A stretch of DNA of 24,900 nt, from positions 1 through 24,900 of the forward strand of contig NW_021836529.1 of assembly GCF_006345805.1 (NCBI RefSeq). Direction: 5' to 3'. A program made the translations under genes and the position numbers. Source of the DNA: Octopus sinensis. Taxonomy: Eukaryota. Positions within the stretch are counted from its first letter, which is position 1. Each line of letters starts with the position of its first letter. This document shows, piece by piece, positions 10,544 through 22,387 of the stretch. The notes under the pieces are model-generated. The model worked only from the letters and a program-made list of their open reading frames with translations. It did no database searches and was not told the origin of the DNA.

Positions 10544-10858
10544 ACACTAGCCAATTTTAGAAACTCTTCTCTTAGAGCCTTTTTTCTTACCCCAACACCA
10601 ACTTCCATTCAAACATTCACGTGACCCCTTCATAATGACCAATCAAAATTTTAGGCGCGAAACCAATCAAATTCCAAAAATCCAAAACAACTCTGGAGCT
10701 ATTTTTTTCAATATAAATAAGAGACAGACTCTATCTCTATTTTATAGTTTGATAAGCATAACAAATGCGCAACCGGTAAAAAAGAACTTTCACCTAATTA
10801 AATTACTAAATTACTTCAATTAGTTGTCAGCATTTCTGGCAGTTCCTTTTTTTATATA
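10541..10858 (+). repeat. Right arm of inverted repeat (inverted pseudo-LTR copy at the 5' truncation)
   Basis: Begins exactly where RT homology ends, sharing GGG at 10541-10543. Confidence 0.92.
10745..10784 (+). ncRNA. Degenerate minimal type I hammerhead ribozyme, inverted copy
   Basis: ttgataa-gcat-aacaa-atgc-gcaa-ccggta at 10749-10778, same core as the left copy. Confidence 0.6.
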
Positions 10859-10871
10859 TATAGATATATCT

Positions 10872-10908
<37 letters not shown>

Positions 10909-10916
10909 TAGTATTT

Positions 10917-10968
<52 letters not shown>

Positions 10969-11118
10969 TTATATATATTATATATATATATATTATATAT
11001 ATATATATTATATATGTGTGTGTGTATGTATATATATATATATACATATATATGTGCGTCACGTATATACATATATATGCGTGTGTATTCATGTGCTTGT
11101 GTATAGTGTATATACACA
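10853..11118. repeat. (TA)n/(TG)n microsatellite
   Basis: Directly visible. Confidence 0.95.
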
Positions 11119-11984
11119 TGATGTTGATAACAAGCAACTGCAAATGGACTGAATGTAAAGTGGAGCACATGAAAATACTTACTGGGCTGAGAGGTTCTCA
11201 ATTGAAGTCATCCAACACCTCTTATTACTTCGTCTTTTACACTTAAGAGCTAATTCCCATACATCGATGGCGGAATCTATAGAGATGATGGCATTTTAAC
11301 AGTGATACACGTCCACGTATAATTCATGGAACGTTTATATAACGGCCTGCTTACTTTGTTGGATTAACAATATCTATAGAACAGAATGAAATATCAGCCA
11401 ACTTCGTCAGTGTGACCTTACACCTCCTTGTGTCCCTCCCCCCGTCTAAGCCCGACTGTAACTAATAATCACATTCAATATATATATTTCAGATTTTCTG
11501 AATTACCTCCTTCAGTAAATCTTTCGAGACTAGTCTGAGTACTATAACCAGGCACTATATAAGAATAGTTATGAAGAAAATTTATACATTGTGTGATTTA
11601 TGAGATAGATAATAGCCATACGCGCGCATATAATATTTCTTGGTTTAACCCCGCCTCGTTCATTGTCGTAGAAGCAGTAATCCTGTTTAACGTATCCCTA
11701 GGATCACTAAAAAGAACAACAAATATTTTAATGTCTGAATAACATGAATCTGTCAATATGTATGTCATCAGACATATTTATAAATATTCGTGTATTATTA
11801 TCTTGGATATGATGAATGTAGAAATCTTCGTATTTGTGTATGTTTAGAGGAGGGATACGAATAGCTTAACCATAGGTTTCGAAGTGATTGCGAGTGTTTA
11901 TGCGTAGTGGAGTGAAATTCTGCGCACATGATATATGGAGGACACGAACACAATTTATTTGTTCATATGAATGTTCGTACATGT

Positions 11985-12259
11985 GTGGATATGTGTCAAT
12001 CTATGTATATATATGCATATGTGTATATATATGTATGAATATATTTTGATGTCTATATATACACACACAAATATATGTGTGTATATATATATGTATACAT
12101 ATATATATATGCATATATGTATATTCATATATATAAATGCTTATATATTTGTATACACACGCACACACACACACATATATATATATATGTGTGTGTGTGT
12201 GTATACATATAGATATATAGATAGATAGACAGACAGACAGACAGATAGACAGATAGCTT

Positions 12260-12329
<70 letters not shown>

Positions 12330-12350
12330 GATAGATAGATATAGATAGAC
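11985..12350. repeat. Degenerate (TA/TG/CA) tract followed by (GATA)n
   Basis: Directly visible. Confidence 0.92.
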
Positions 12351-12690
12351 CTAACTTTTCTATTGTTCCATATACTGGTGATCATCCGTAGTGCATTATA
12401 TTGACATAATTCTTCTTCCAGTTACCATCATTTCTTTTCGTTTTTATCTTGTTTTGTATCAGTTCACATTGTGATTTTGTAATTTGGTCGCCATTTTTCA
12501 TTTCTCTATTTTAAAACTATTTTCGCTTATAAATATTACGTATAATATATTTTTTTATCTAATCAGAATTATCAGCAGAGAAAATATTAAATAGGCAAAA
12601 ATTAATCTGATGATATTCTGTTAAATTTTATATTTCTTTCAAAATGTCGCGTTTATTCATATTCACTTCCCCTCACGCTTTGTATATAAA

Positions 12691-12790
12691 TATGTGTGTG
12701 TGTGTGTCTGTAAATGTGTTTGTGTGCGTTCGTGTGTGTGTATGTGTGCATATATTTGTGTGTATATGTGTGTTGTGTGTGTGTGTGTGT
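12691..12790. repeat. (GT)n microsatellite
   Basis: Directly visible. Confidence 0.9.
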
Positions 12791-12890
12791 AGGAATTCTT
12801 AGACATGATATATTGGTATAACATTCATTCCTTTATTACGATCGTTTCAATATTGTACGGTTCACACATATCATGAATATAAATACTGAC

Positions 12891-13029
12891 TATTTCTGGT
12901 TCTTATTTTATTGACCCTCAGAGGATTAAAGGCAACGTCGACCACAGTGGAATTTTAACTCAGATCGTAAAGATGGAAGAAATATTGTTAAGAATTTTGC
13001 CCGGCGCCCAAGAGATTTTGGCAGCTCTC
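12891..13029 (-). mobile_element. SINE family B, diverged 5' part
   Basis: Reverse complement gagagctgccaaaatc...gcgccgggcaaaattcttaac...ctgagttaaaattccactgtggtcgacgttgcctttaatcct...gggtcaataaaataag matches the heads at 24729 and 18292. Confidence 0.75.
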
Positions 13030-13532
13030 AATATTACCGATTATGTAATATTAGAACATTCTATGTGTAATCCATGTCCATCTCGTAAGACAAAAATCAC
13101 GTGTGTATGTGTATGAGTTTGTGTATGTAAGTGTGTGTATGTGTGTTAGTGCGTGCGTGTATGTGTTGGTGTTTGAGTCTATGTATTTGAGTGTATGTAT
13201 TTGTGTATATGTGTTTTTTTGTGTATGTGTGTGTTCGCGTGTGTGTTTATCATGCCTTTAATTTATACATTTTTATGCATCTGTCAAACAGGAAATATTT
13301 TATGCGGCCGGATGCTCTTCCGTTTGCCAACTATCACCTGTGTTTCAGATATCAGATGTTTCAATCTTAGTCTGGGTATGTCTTGGAGGGAGATTCCAAA
13401 GACCGTCGTAGGACTATAACGTACATTTAGAATTAACACTCGATGCGGAGGGGCAAAAAACACACACACACATACATACATACACACACTCACATATTAA
13501 ATACACTAATCGACTTATACTTATTCGTCCAA

Positions 13533-13554
13533 ATTATTATTATTATTATTATTA

Positions 13555-13615
<61 letters not shown>

Positions 13616-13720
13616 CATTATTATTATTATCATTATTATTATTATTATTATTATCATCATCATCATTATTATTATTATTATCATTATTATTATTATATTA
13701 TTATATTATCATTATTATTA

Positions 13721-13779
<59 letters not shown>

Positions 13780-13786
13780 TTTATTA

Positions 13787-13844
<58 letters not shown>

Positions 13845-14432
13845 ATATGAAAATTATGTATATGTATTCTTCGTCATCTTCTTCTTCGCCTTCTTCTTTT
13901 CTTCTTCTCTTCCTCCTCCTTATTCTTCTCTTTCTTGCCTTTCTTCCTCTTCTTCTCCTTCTTCCTCTCCTTCATCTTCTTCTTTTTATTATTCTCATTA
14001 TCATCATCATCATCATCATCATTACTATAATAATTGTTTCGCTTGCTGTTACCATCATGTTCCTCTTAGTTAGCATTGCGCAATGAGATGGCGATTATTG
14101 ATGTTTAATTAATTAACAGAAAAATCTTTTAATTCTGCTTTGAAGCACGAGTAAAATGGGAAGCCATTTTAGAGGGGGGGAAAAGGAAAACCAAAAAAGC
14201 AACTCCATCATCGTCATCGTCATCATCATCATCATGATCATCATCATCATCGTCACCATCATCATCGTCATCGTCATCATCATCATCATCATCGTCATCA
14301 TCATCATCGTCACCATAATCATCGTCATCGTCATCATCATCATCATCACATCATCATCATCATCGTCCTCATCATCATCATCATCATCATCGTCACCATC
14401 ATTATTATCATCGACGTTGTCGTCGTCGTTGA

Positions 14433-14482
<50 letters not shown>

Positions 14483-14660
14483 CCATCATCATCATCATCG
14501 TCACCATCATCATCATCACCATCATCATCACCATCATCATCATCGTCATCACCTTCATCGTCATCATCGTCATCATCATCATCATCATCAACACCATCAT
14601 TATTATCATCGACGTCGTCGTCGTCGTCGTTGCCATCATCATCATCCTCATCATCATCAT
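13533..14660. repeat. Trinucleotide block: (ATT)n 13533-13841, (TCT/CCT)n ~13868-13985, (CAT/CGT)n ~14207-14660
   Basis: Directly visible; poly-I/Y/S/M ORFs are artefacts. Confidence 0.97.
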
Positions 14661-14849
14661 TGTCTTTGTTATCAGTATCCTCTCTTCGCGTCTGTACTCA
14701 ACGCGTTACTGCGGGCAAATGACGCAACCTACAGACACGAAAATATTTGCGCATGCTCGGGAAGAACGCGGCCACCGAATACCTACGCGGCTTTTACTCA
14801 CGCATTATTATTTTGTGCCAAAAATGAAAATCAAGATCGGATATTTTTT

Positions 14850-16105
14850 TACTACTTCTCGTACATACAGGAACAGGAAATAACCAAATGCCTAATGCAC
14901 AAGAGAGAGAGAGGGGGAGGGAGAGAGAAAGAGGGAGAGAGACACGGGAGAAGCAGCAAAACGTGATAACTGGTGCAGACTTTGTGGAGTTAGCATCGAA
15001 GATATCACCCACGTCATCAGCAGTTGTCCGAATATGTCATCATGGTATTATCTACTGGTGATGAGATTCGTCGGAAATATAATACCCGAGGTCAAAGAAA
15101 TAAGAGCCCACAGTATGGTAGAAGCCATAGCCGCACATGGTAAAAATGAGTACTGGTGGAATATCCCAGTGAAGACCTCTATAAAATGTTAGCACAATCG
15201 ACCCGATATAATGATTTGGGATAGAGAGGAGAAACCGTAAACAGCTGTGGAAATTAGCTGCCCAGTGGATGTTAACATAAAGTGGAGGCGCAATGGCCCA
15301 GTGGTTAAGGCAGCGGACTCGCGGTCGTAGGATCGCGGTTTCGATTCCCAGACCGGGCGTTGTGAGTGTTTATTGAGCGAAAACACCTAAAGCTCCACAC
15401 GGCTCCGGCAGTAGGAGTGGTGGTGATCCCTGCTGTACTCTTTCACCACAACTTTCTCTCACTCTTACTTCCTGTTTCTGTTGTACCTGTATTTCAAAGG
15501 GCCGGCCTTGTCACTCTCTGTGTCACGCTGAATATCCCCGAGAACTACGTTAAGGGTACACGTGTCGGTGGAGTGCTCAGCCACTTACACGTTAATTTCA
15601 CGAGCAGGCTGTTCCGTTGATCGGATCAACCGGAACCCTCATCGTAGTAACCGACGGAGTACTTCCAGTTAACATAAAGCTGAGGATCAGTGAAAAAGAG
15701 AACACCTATGCTGAACTATTGAGAAATTTACAATTACTCTATCCAGAATACAAGTTCAGGTTTATACCTTTAATTATTGGAGCACTGGGATATGTAACAC
15801 ACTGCTAAAATATCAATCTTGAGAAATTAAGCTTCACAAAACCAGACAGGAAAAAGCTGATTCGAAGACTACAGATGTAAGCCATTACTGGAACTGTAAA
15901 AGTCTGTAAAACTTTCCAGAAGTTTATCATTTAAACACGTCTAGATATGTAACTATATGCATTAGAAGACATACATAAAGCAAAACATACAAATCTTTAC
16001 GTATACATACATACAAAAATGCACTGTTGATGGTGTTGAAATTCCAATGAAGGAGCTTTGGATCTAGGTTAGAAACCGGCTCTTTCTATATTGGTAAGAA
16101 ATAAC
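14850..16105 (+). mobile_element. Decayed 3' end of an RLE-endonuclease non-LTR retrotransposon (R4/Dong-like), interrupted by a SINE
   Basis: IQEQEITKCLMHKR, CCHC knuckle CRLCGVSIEDITHVISSCP (from 14974), WWNIPV...HNRPDIMIWD...VEISCPVDVNIK, then after the SINE LRISEKENTYAEL...FIPLIIGALG; in-frame stops; ORF remnant ends ~15934, followed by a putative 3' UTR. Confidence 0.88.
15283..15667 (+). mobile_element. tRNA-derived SINE family C, full length, with 12-bp target-site duplication
   Basis: A box TGGCCCAGTGG, B box GGTTTCGATTCCC; TSD gttaacataaag at 15271-15282 and 15668-15679; removing it restores the RLE reading frame. Confidence 0.93.
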
Positions 16106-16110
16106 ATAAA

Positions 16111-16512
16111 GGAGTGGATGTGTGGTAAGTAGCTTGCTAACCAACCACATGGTTCCGGGTTCAGTCCCACTGCGTGGCATCTTGGGCAAGTGTCTTCTGC
16201 TATAGCCCCGGGCCGACCAAAGCCTTGTGAGTGGATTTGGTAGACGGAAACTGAAAGAAGCCTGTCGTATATATGTATATATATATATATGTGTGTGTAT
16301 GTGTGTGTATGTCTGTGTTTGACCCCCTAGCATTGCTTGACAACCGATGCTGGTGTGTTTACGTCCCCGTCACATAGCGGTTCGGCAAAAAGAGACCGAT
16401 AGAATAAGTACTGGGCTTACAAAGAATAAGTCCCGGGGTCGATTTAATCGACTAAAGGTGGTGCTCCAGCATGGCCGCAGTCAAATGACTGAAACAAGTA
16501 AAAGAAAAAAAA
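16111..16512 (+). mobile_element. SINE family A, near full length
   Basis: Colinear with 2204-2618. Confidence 0.92.
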
Positions 16513-16670
16513 ATATGTATATACACCTAAAATAAGTCTCCGGTCCCTAACCGTCATCTGATTGTCTGATGATGGCTCGTTGGTTGAAACCTGGAAGTCG
16601 CTTTCAACCTCTATTTTGTAATAATTACCAAATATATATTCTGCTTCAACTTATTGAATAACCCTTCAAT

Positions 16671-17083
16671 TTACTTCTTTACTCCTTTATTTGTTTCAGT
16701 CATTGGACTGTGGCCATGCTGGAGCACCGCCTTAAGTCGAGCAAATCAACCCCAGGACTTATTCTTTGTAAGCCTAGTACTTATTCTATCGGTGTCTTTT
16801 GCCGAACCGCTAATGTTACGGTGACCTAAACACACCAGCATCGGTTGTCAAGCGATGTTGGGGCGGCCAACACAGACACACAAACAAATACACACACACA
16901 CATATATATATACATATATACGATGGGTTTCTTTCAGCTTCCGTCTATCAAATCCATTCACAAAGCTTTGGTCGACCCGAGGCTATAGTAGAAGACACTT
17001 GCCCAAGGTGCCACGCAGTAGGGCTGAACCCGGAATCATGTGGTTGGTAAACAAATAACTTACCACACAGCCACTCCTACGCC
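16671..17083 (-). mobile_element. SINE family A, full length
   Basis: Reverse complement of family A from tail to ggcgtaggagtggctgtgtgg head. Confidence 0.92.
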
Positions 17084-17648
17084 TACTGATAAATTATTTT
17101 ATATAACTTCAGAAACAAAAAGAAAATCAAATATTAATTCTTATATAAATGGTTAACATCATTCGTTGTTAGCTTTTGAACTCTCAAACCTGGGGTGCAT
17201 TTTCTACCCAAAGATCACTTTTCAAAACACTGCCTAACGTCTATCTCCGATCGGATGCTTGTGTCACTCAGTAGAAATCAATACAATGGCGAAATCGATA
17301 AAAGTGAACCGTTTGATTTCGCAATAGATTTGATGATTGCCATCGGGAGTTCAACGTAATCCTGCATTTAGAAAATGTTCTTTGAGAAGAAAAATAAATA
17401 TTTTGATCAATCGATTCAAAGACTTTGCCGGCGGATTGTAGCGGAAAATAATCCCCTTGCGTTGTCGCTTTTACTCTACAGGGACCCATGCCAAATCATC
17501 TTCTTTTAGACTTTGTTCTCTATTTTATGATAAATTCTAAACTACATTCTTTGTTATCAGGGTGGTTGTCCCATTATGTAGGATCCTCAGCTACATATCA
17601 AAAGGTTGTGAGTTCAAATTCCAGTCAATGCGCGATCTAGCGCAAACC

Positions 17649-17707
17649 TATTTCTTTATTACCCACAAGGAGCTAAACATAGAGGGGACAAACAAGGACA
17701 GACAAAG
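17649..17707 (-). mobile_element. 59-bp 5'-truncated retroposon tail (family B-related) with 15-bp TSD
   Basis: gatctagcgcaaacc at 17634-17648 and 17708-17722; the insert's minus strand tttgtctgtccttgtttg matches 18417-18432. Confidence 0.88.
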
Positions 17708-18060
17708 GATCTAGCGCAAACCAACGTAGGCTCATCTGAGTGAGAGCCATAGAAGCAGGATACTGACAGTGCTCTCTCTTTCACTCTCTCTCTCTCTTTC
17801 TCTCGCTTTCTCTCTTTCTTTCTTTCTTTCTTTCTCTTCCACCTCTGATATTCAGGACGAACCACTGTGTTAGATGTGCAACCCTCAATGAGGTGTCTAT
17901 GTTTGCTCGCGACTACACTGTCACCTAGGAGAATTAAGGACAGCTTGGTACATGTTACCATACCGTACATGTTATGGCTGGTTTTTTGTAAGATAGCAAT
18001 CACGCAAAATGGAAGGAATTGGAGAAGAAACCATACATTCGAAAACGGAAACACATACAA

Positions 18061-18620
18061 TCTTTACTCTTTTACTCTTTTACTTGTTTCAGTCATTAGA
18101 CTGTGGCCATACTGGAGCACCGCCTTTAGTCGAGCGAACTGACCCCAGGACTCATTCTTTGTAAGTCTAGTACTTATTCTATCGGTCTCTTTTGCAGAAC
18201 GGCTAAGTTACGGGCACTTAAACACACCAGCATCGGTTGTCGAGCGATTTTGCGGGGGACAAACACAGACACACAAACATATACATACACATATTTCGTC
18301 TATCTTTATGTTCTGAGTTCAAATTCCGCCGAGGTCGACTTTGCCTTTCATCCTTTCGGGGTCGATTTAATAAGTACCAGTTACGCATTGAGGTCGATGT
18401 AATCGACTTAATCCTTTTGTCTGTCATTGTTTAGAAGTATATATATATACATATATACGACGGGCTTCTTTCAGTTTCCCTCTACCAAATCCACTCACAA
18501 GGCTTTGGTCGGCCCGAGGCTATAGTAGAAGACACTTGCCCAAGATGCCACACAGTGGGACTGAACCTGGGACCATGTGGTTGGAAAGCAAGCTAATTAC
18601 CACACAGCCACTGCTGTTCC
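18061..18620 (-). mobile_element. SINE family A, full length, with a nested family B fragment
   Basis: Tail 18061-18290 and head 18437-18620 are colinear with family A. Confidence 0.92.
18292..18432 (+). mobile_element. SINE family B internal fragment nested in the family A microsatellite
   Basis: ttctgagttcaaattccgccgaggtcgactttgcctttcatcctttcggggtcgat..aataagtaccag...gtcgatgtaatcgac; B-box-like gagttcaaattcc. Confidence 0.88.
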
Positions 18621-19093
18621 TACATTATATTTTTTATATGAAAGGACTCGGGGAATTATAGAAATTTCTGAAGGGATATTTTCTACAGGCGTCACCTCGC
18701 GAATACTGTCTTTGCAATGGAGTGGATCCGCCTCTGTTACCGAAATGTCCCTATTTCGTCCCAGGATCCAGTTATGAACCCCTCCACGTTTTAACATCTT
18801 TTGTCACTTCTCCCTTTCTGCAATTTCCACGCATAAAACTACCATTAACCAAATGCACAATCACCAGATCCTTTAGTGATAATTACACACACTTTAATAT
18901 ACTCTGCATACATGCATACATATACATGCTTACATACATATCTACATATATTGTACACACACACATATGTACATATATATCGCCTATGTTTGAGTGCTTG
19001 CAATTATGAATGTGTGTGAATTTGATCATCGTTTTGGGATATGCGTCTTTGTGCCTTATGTTGCACTATTTTATGAATTCGCCAAGCTATAAC

Positions 19094-19590
<497 letters not shown>

Positions 19591-19694
19591 TAAGAACACG
19601 CAAACAGTTTGCGATTTCGCCTCGTTGTCGTATTAATTGCGGAGACAACATCATTCTGTTAGGATTTTCATCATGAAAGATAAGTGCAAATGCA

Positions 19695-19730
<36 letters not shown>

Positions 19731-19759
19731 CTCCCTACACACACACACACACACACATA

Positions 19760-19803
<44 letters not shown>

Positions 19804-19850
19804 TATATACATATATATATATATATACATATATATACACATATATATAC

Positions 19851-19882
<32 letters not shown>

Positions 19883-20606
19883 TATATATATATATATATA
19901 TATGTATGCATATATATATAATATATATATTATAATATATATAGACACACATTCATATACATATCATCCTGTGACGTTAACAAGTAGAAAGCTACATTTC
20001 TGAAAACATTACAAAAACCGCTTAAAAAAGTATTTAACAAATTTTTCATCGCTGCATGATATCTCCCCAAATCTGTCGATGAGGCATCGAGCGTTTCGCT
20101 TCTCTCAAATCGATTCTTTGCGATTGAACTGATTACAGATTTCAACCATTAAACATTCTTAGCATTCCATTGCTGCTGGTAACAGAAAAGTTTATAAAAA
20201 AAAAACCAAATTAAGAATTATAAATGAAATAAATAATTAAGATGACGTCAGAAAAAATTGTTCTGTTTTCATCAAAATAAAATAAGTTACGTAATTTAGA
20301 TTCGTTTTTATAGATTTAGTTTTCAGTTCAAATTCCTAAAGGCATATTCGATTTTGCCTTTCATCATTTTTCAAGATCAATAATTGATTTCATCTTTTTT
20401 ACCAATTTTTAGAATGACGATGAGGAATCAGATTGTTAGAGAAACCGAGAATATGTCTTACGGCAGTTAGTGGCGCTCGTCATCAAATGTCATTCCATTG
20501 AGATGGGTTGGGGATTTTTTTTTTTTCATTTGGCTTTCGTTCTTCGAACACCTATAAAGTATGAAATACGTAATTACTGGTATCAACCGTTATGTGGAAA
20601 ATGGTA

Positions 20607-20906
20607 GGCACAGATATGGGCCATGTGTTTAAAGCACTATCTTTACAACCACATGGATTCTGGTTCAATTCTACTCTGAGGTACCTTGGCCATGTAACTG
20701 CTACCTCGGGCTATGTCATGTGAGTGAATTTGGTAGACGGAAACTGTGTTGAAGCCTATCATCTGTGCGTGTATTTTTTTGTTTGTAATTGTCCTCCACT
20801 CTCCGCTTAACAACTTGTGTTGGTTTGTTCGCGTCCCCATGACTTAGAGGTTTGGCACAAGAGATCGATATGTTGATAGAATAATGACCAGGCTTTAAAA
20901 AAGAAT
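20607..20906 (+). mobile_element. Old, diverged SINE family A-related copy
   Basis: caaccacatggattctggttcaattc...gtgagtgaatttggtagacggaaactg...cgtccccatgacttagaggtttggca...gatagaataa. Confidence 0.8.
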
Positions 20907-21177
20907 TGTGCATGACGCCATGCAGAGGGATTGAACTTGTAGTCTTATGGTTTGTAACATTGTAGTCGAGAGATGGAATTAAGGTGGTGGTGGTGGTGGT
21001 GGTGGTGGTGGTATTAGTCAGGTGTATCTGTGACGGGGCGCCGGGGGGGGATGAAACTGACAAGGAATAACAAAAACAAAGCAACAAGAACAAAGAACGA
21101 GTCGAAGAGCGAAAGAAACCGACCTGCTAAAAATAGCAGCCAAATCTGCCTCTTTCTTTCTCTCTCCCTCTGTCCCC

Positions 21178-21228
<51 letters not shown>

Positions 21229-21250
21229 ACACAACACACACACACACATA

Positions 21251-21313
<63 letters not shown>

Positions 21314-21336
21314 CATATATATACACATATATATAC

Positions 21337-21370
<34 letters not shown>

Positions 21371-21393
21371 GTATGTATATATATATATATGTA

Positions 21394-21437
<44 letters not shown>

Positions 21438-22088
21438 TTCATATACATATCATCCTGTGACGTTAACAAGTAGAAAGCTACATTTCTGAAACATTACAAA
21501 AACCGCTTAAAAAAGTATTTAACAAATTTTTCATCGCTGCATGATATCTCCCCAAATCTGTCGATGAGGCATCGAGCGTTTCGCTTCTCTCAAATCGATT
21601 CTTTGCGATTGAACTGATTACAGATTTCAACCATTAAACATTCTTAGCATTCCATTGCTGCTGGTAACAGAAAAGTTTATAAAAAAAAAACGAAATTAAG
21701 AATTATAAATGAAATAAATAATTAAGATGACGTCAGAAAAAATTGTTCTGTTTTCATCAAAATAAAATAAGTTACGTAATTTAGATTCGTTTTTATAGAT
21801 TTAGTTTTCAGTTCAAATTCCTAAGGCATATTCGATTTTGCCTTTCATCATTTTTCAAGATCAATAATTGATTTCATCTTTTTTACCAATTTTTAGAATG
21901 ACGATGAGGAATCAGATTGTTAGAGAAACCGAGAATATGTCTTACGGCAGTTAGTGGCGCTCGTCATCAATGTCATTCCATTGAGATGGGTTGGGGATTT
22001 TTTTTTTTTCATTGGCTTTCGTTCTTCGAACACCTATAAAGTATGAAATACGTAATTACTGGTATCAACCGTTATGTGGAAAATGGTA

Positions 22089-22387
22089 GGCACAGATATG
22101 GGCCATGTGTTTAAAGCACTATCTTTACAACCACATGGATTCTGGTTCAATTCTACTCTGAGGTACCTTGGCCATGTAACTGCTACCTCGGCTATGTCAT
22201 GTGAGTGAATTTGGTAGACGGAAACTGTGTTGAAGCCTATCATCTGTGCGTGTATTTTTTTTGTTGTAATTGTCCTCCACTCTCCGCTTAACAACTTGTG
22301 TTGGTTTGTTCGCGTCCCCATGACTTAGAGGTTTGGCACAAGAGATCGATATGTTGATAGAATAATGACCAGGCTTTAAAAAAGAAT
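22089..22387 (+). mobile_element. Duplicate of the 20607-20906 SINE inside the tandem duplication
   Basis: Near-identical to 20607-20906. Confidence 0.8.

Larger units (their letters stand above)
8556..10858 (-). mobile_element. Penelope-like retroelement (Neptune-like), 5'-truncated, bounded by inverted pseudo-LTR arms
   Basis: RT + GIY-YIG remnant at 9379-10543; 8556-8854 is the reverse complement of 10541-10858; TA microsatellite on both sides. Confidence 0.92.

Noticed and set aside
8556-10858. Cut-and-paste DNA transposon with long TIRs
   Set aside because: The interior encodes RT and GIY-YIG rather than a transposase; the arms are pseudo-LTR copies.
11120-11970. Unique AT-rich stretch screened for exons (also 7920-8200, 17200-17510 and 18640-18800)
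   Set aside because: No convincing open frame with paired splice sites or recognisable domain.
13297-13345. tttatgcggccggatgctcttcc...gccaac, reminiscent of a motif in invertebrate retroposons
   Set aside because: Single short copy here; cannot be assigned without a database.
15284-15356. tRNA gene
   Set aside because: The A/B boxes belong to a SINE head bounded by a TSD; no clean cloverleaf. The same applies to the other SINE heads.
16040-16086. ccaatga...gaaaccgg hammerhead-like string in the RLE 3' UTR
   Set aside because: Core and stems too degenerate to support.
20320-20385. agttcaaattcc...ttttgcctttcatc, a possible SINE B remnant (duplicated near 21810)
   Set aside because: Too short and decayed to delimit as a feature.
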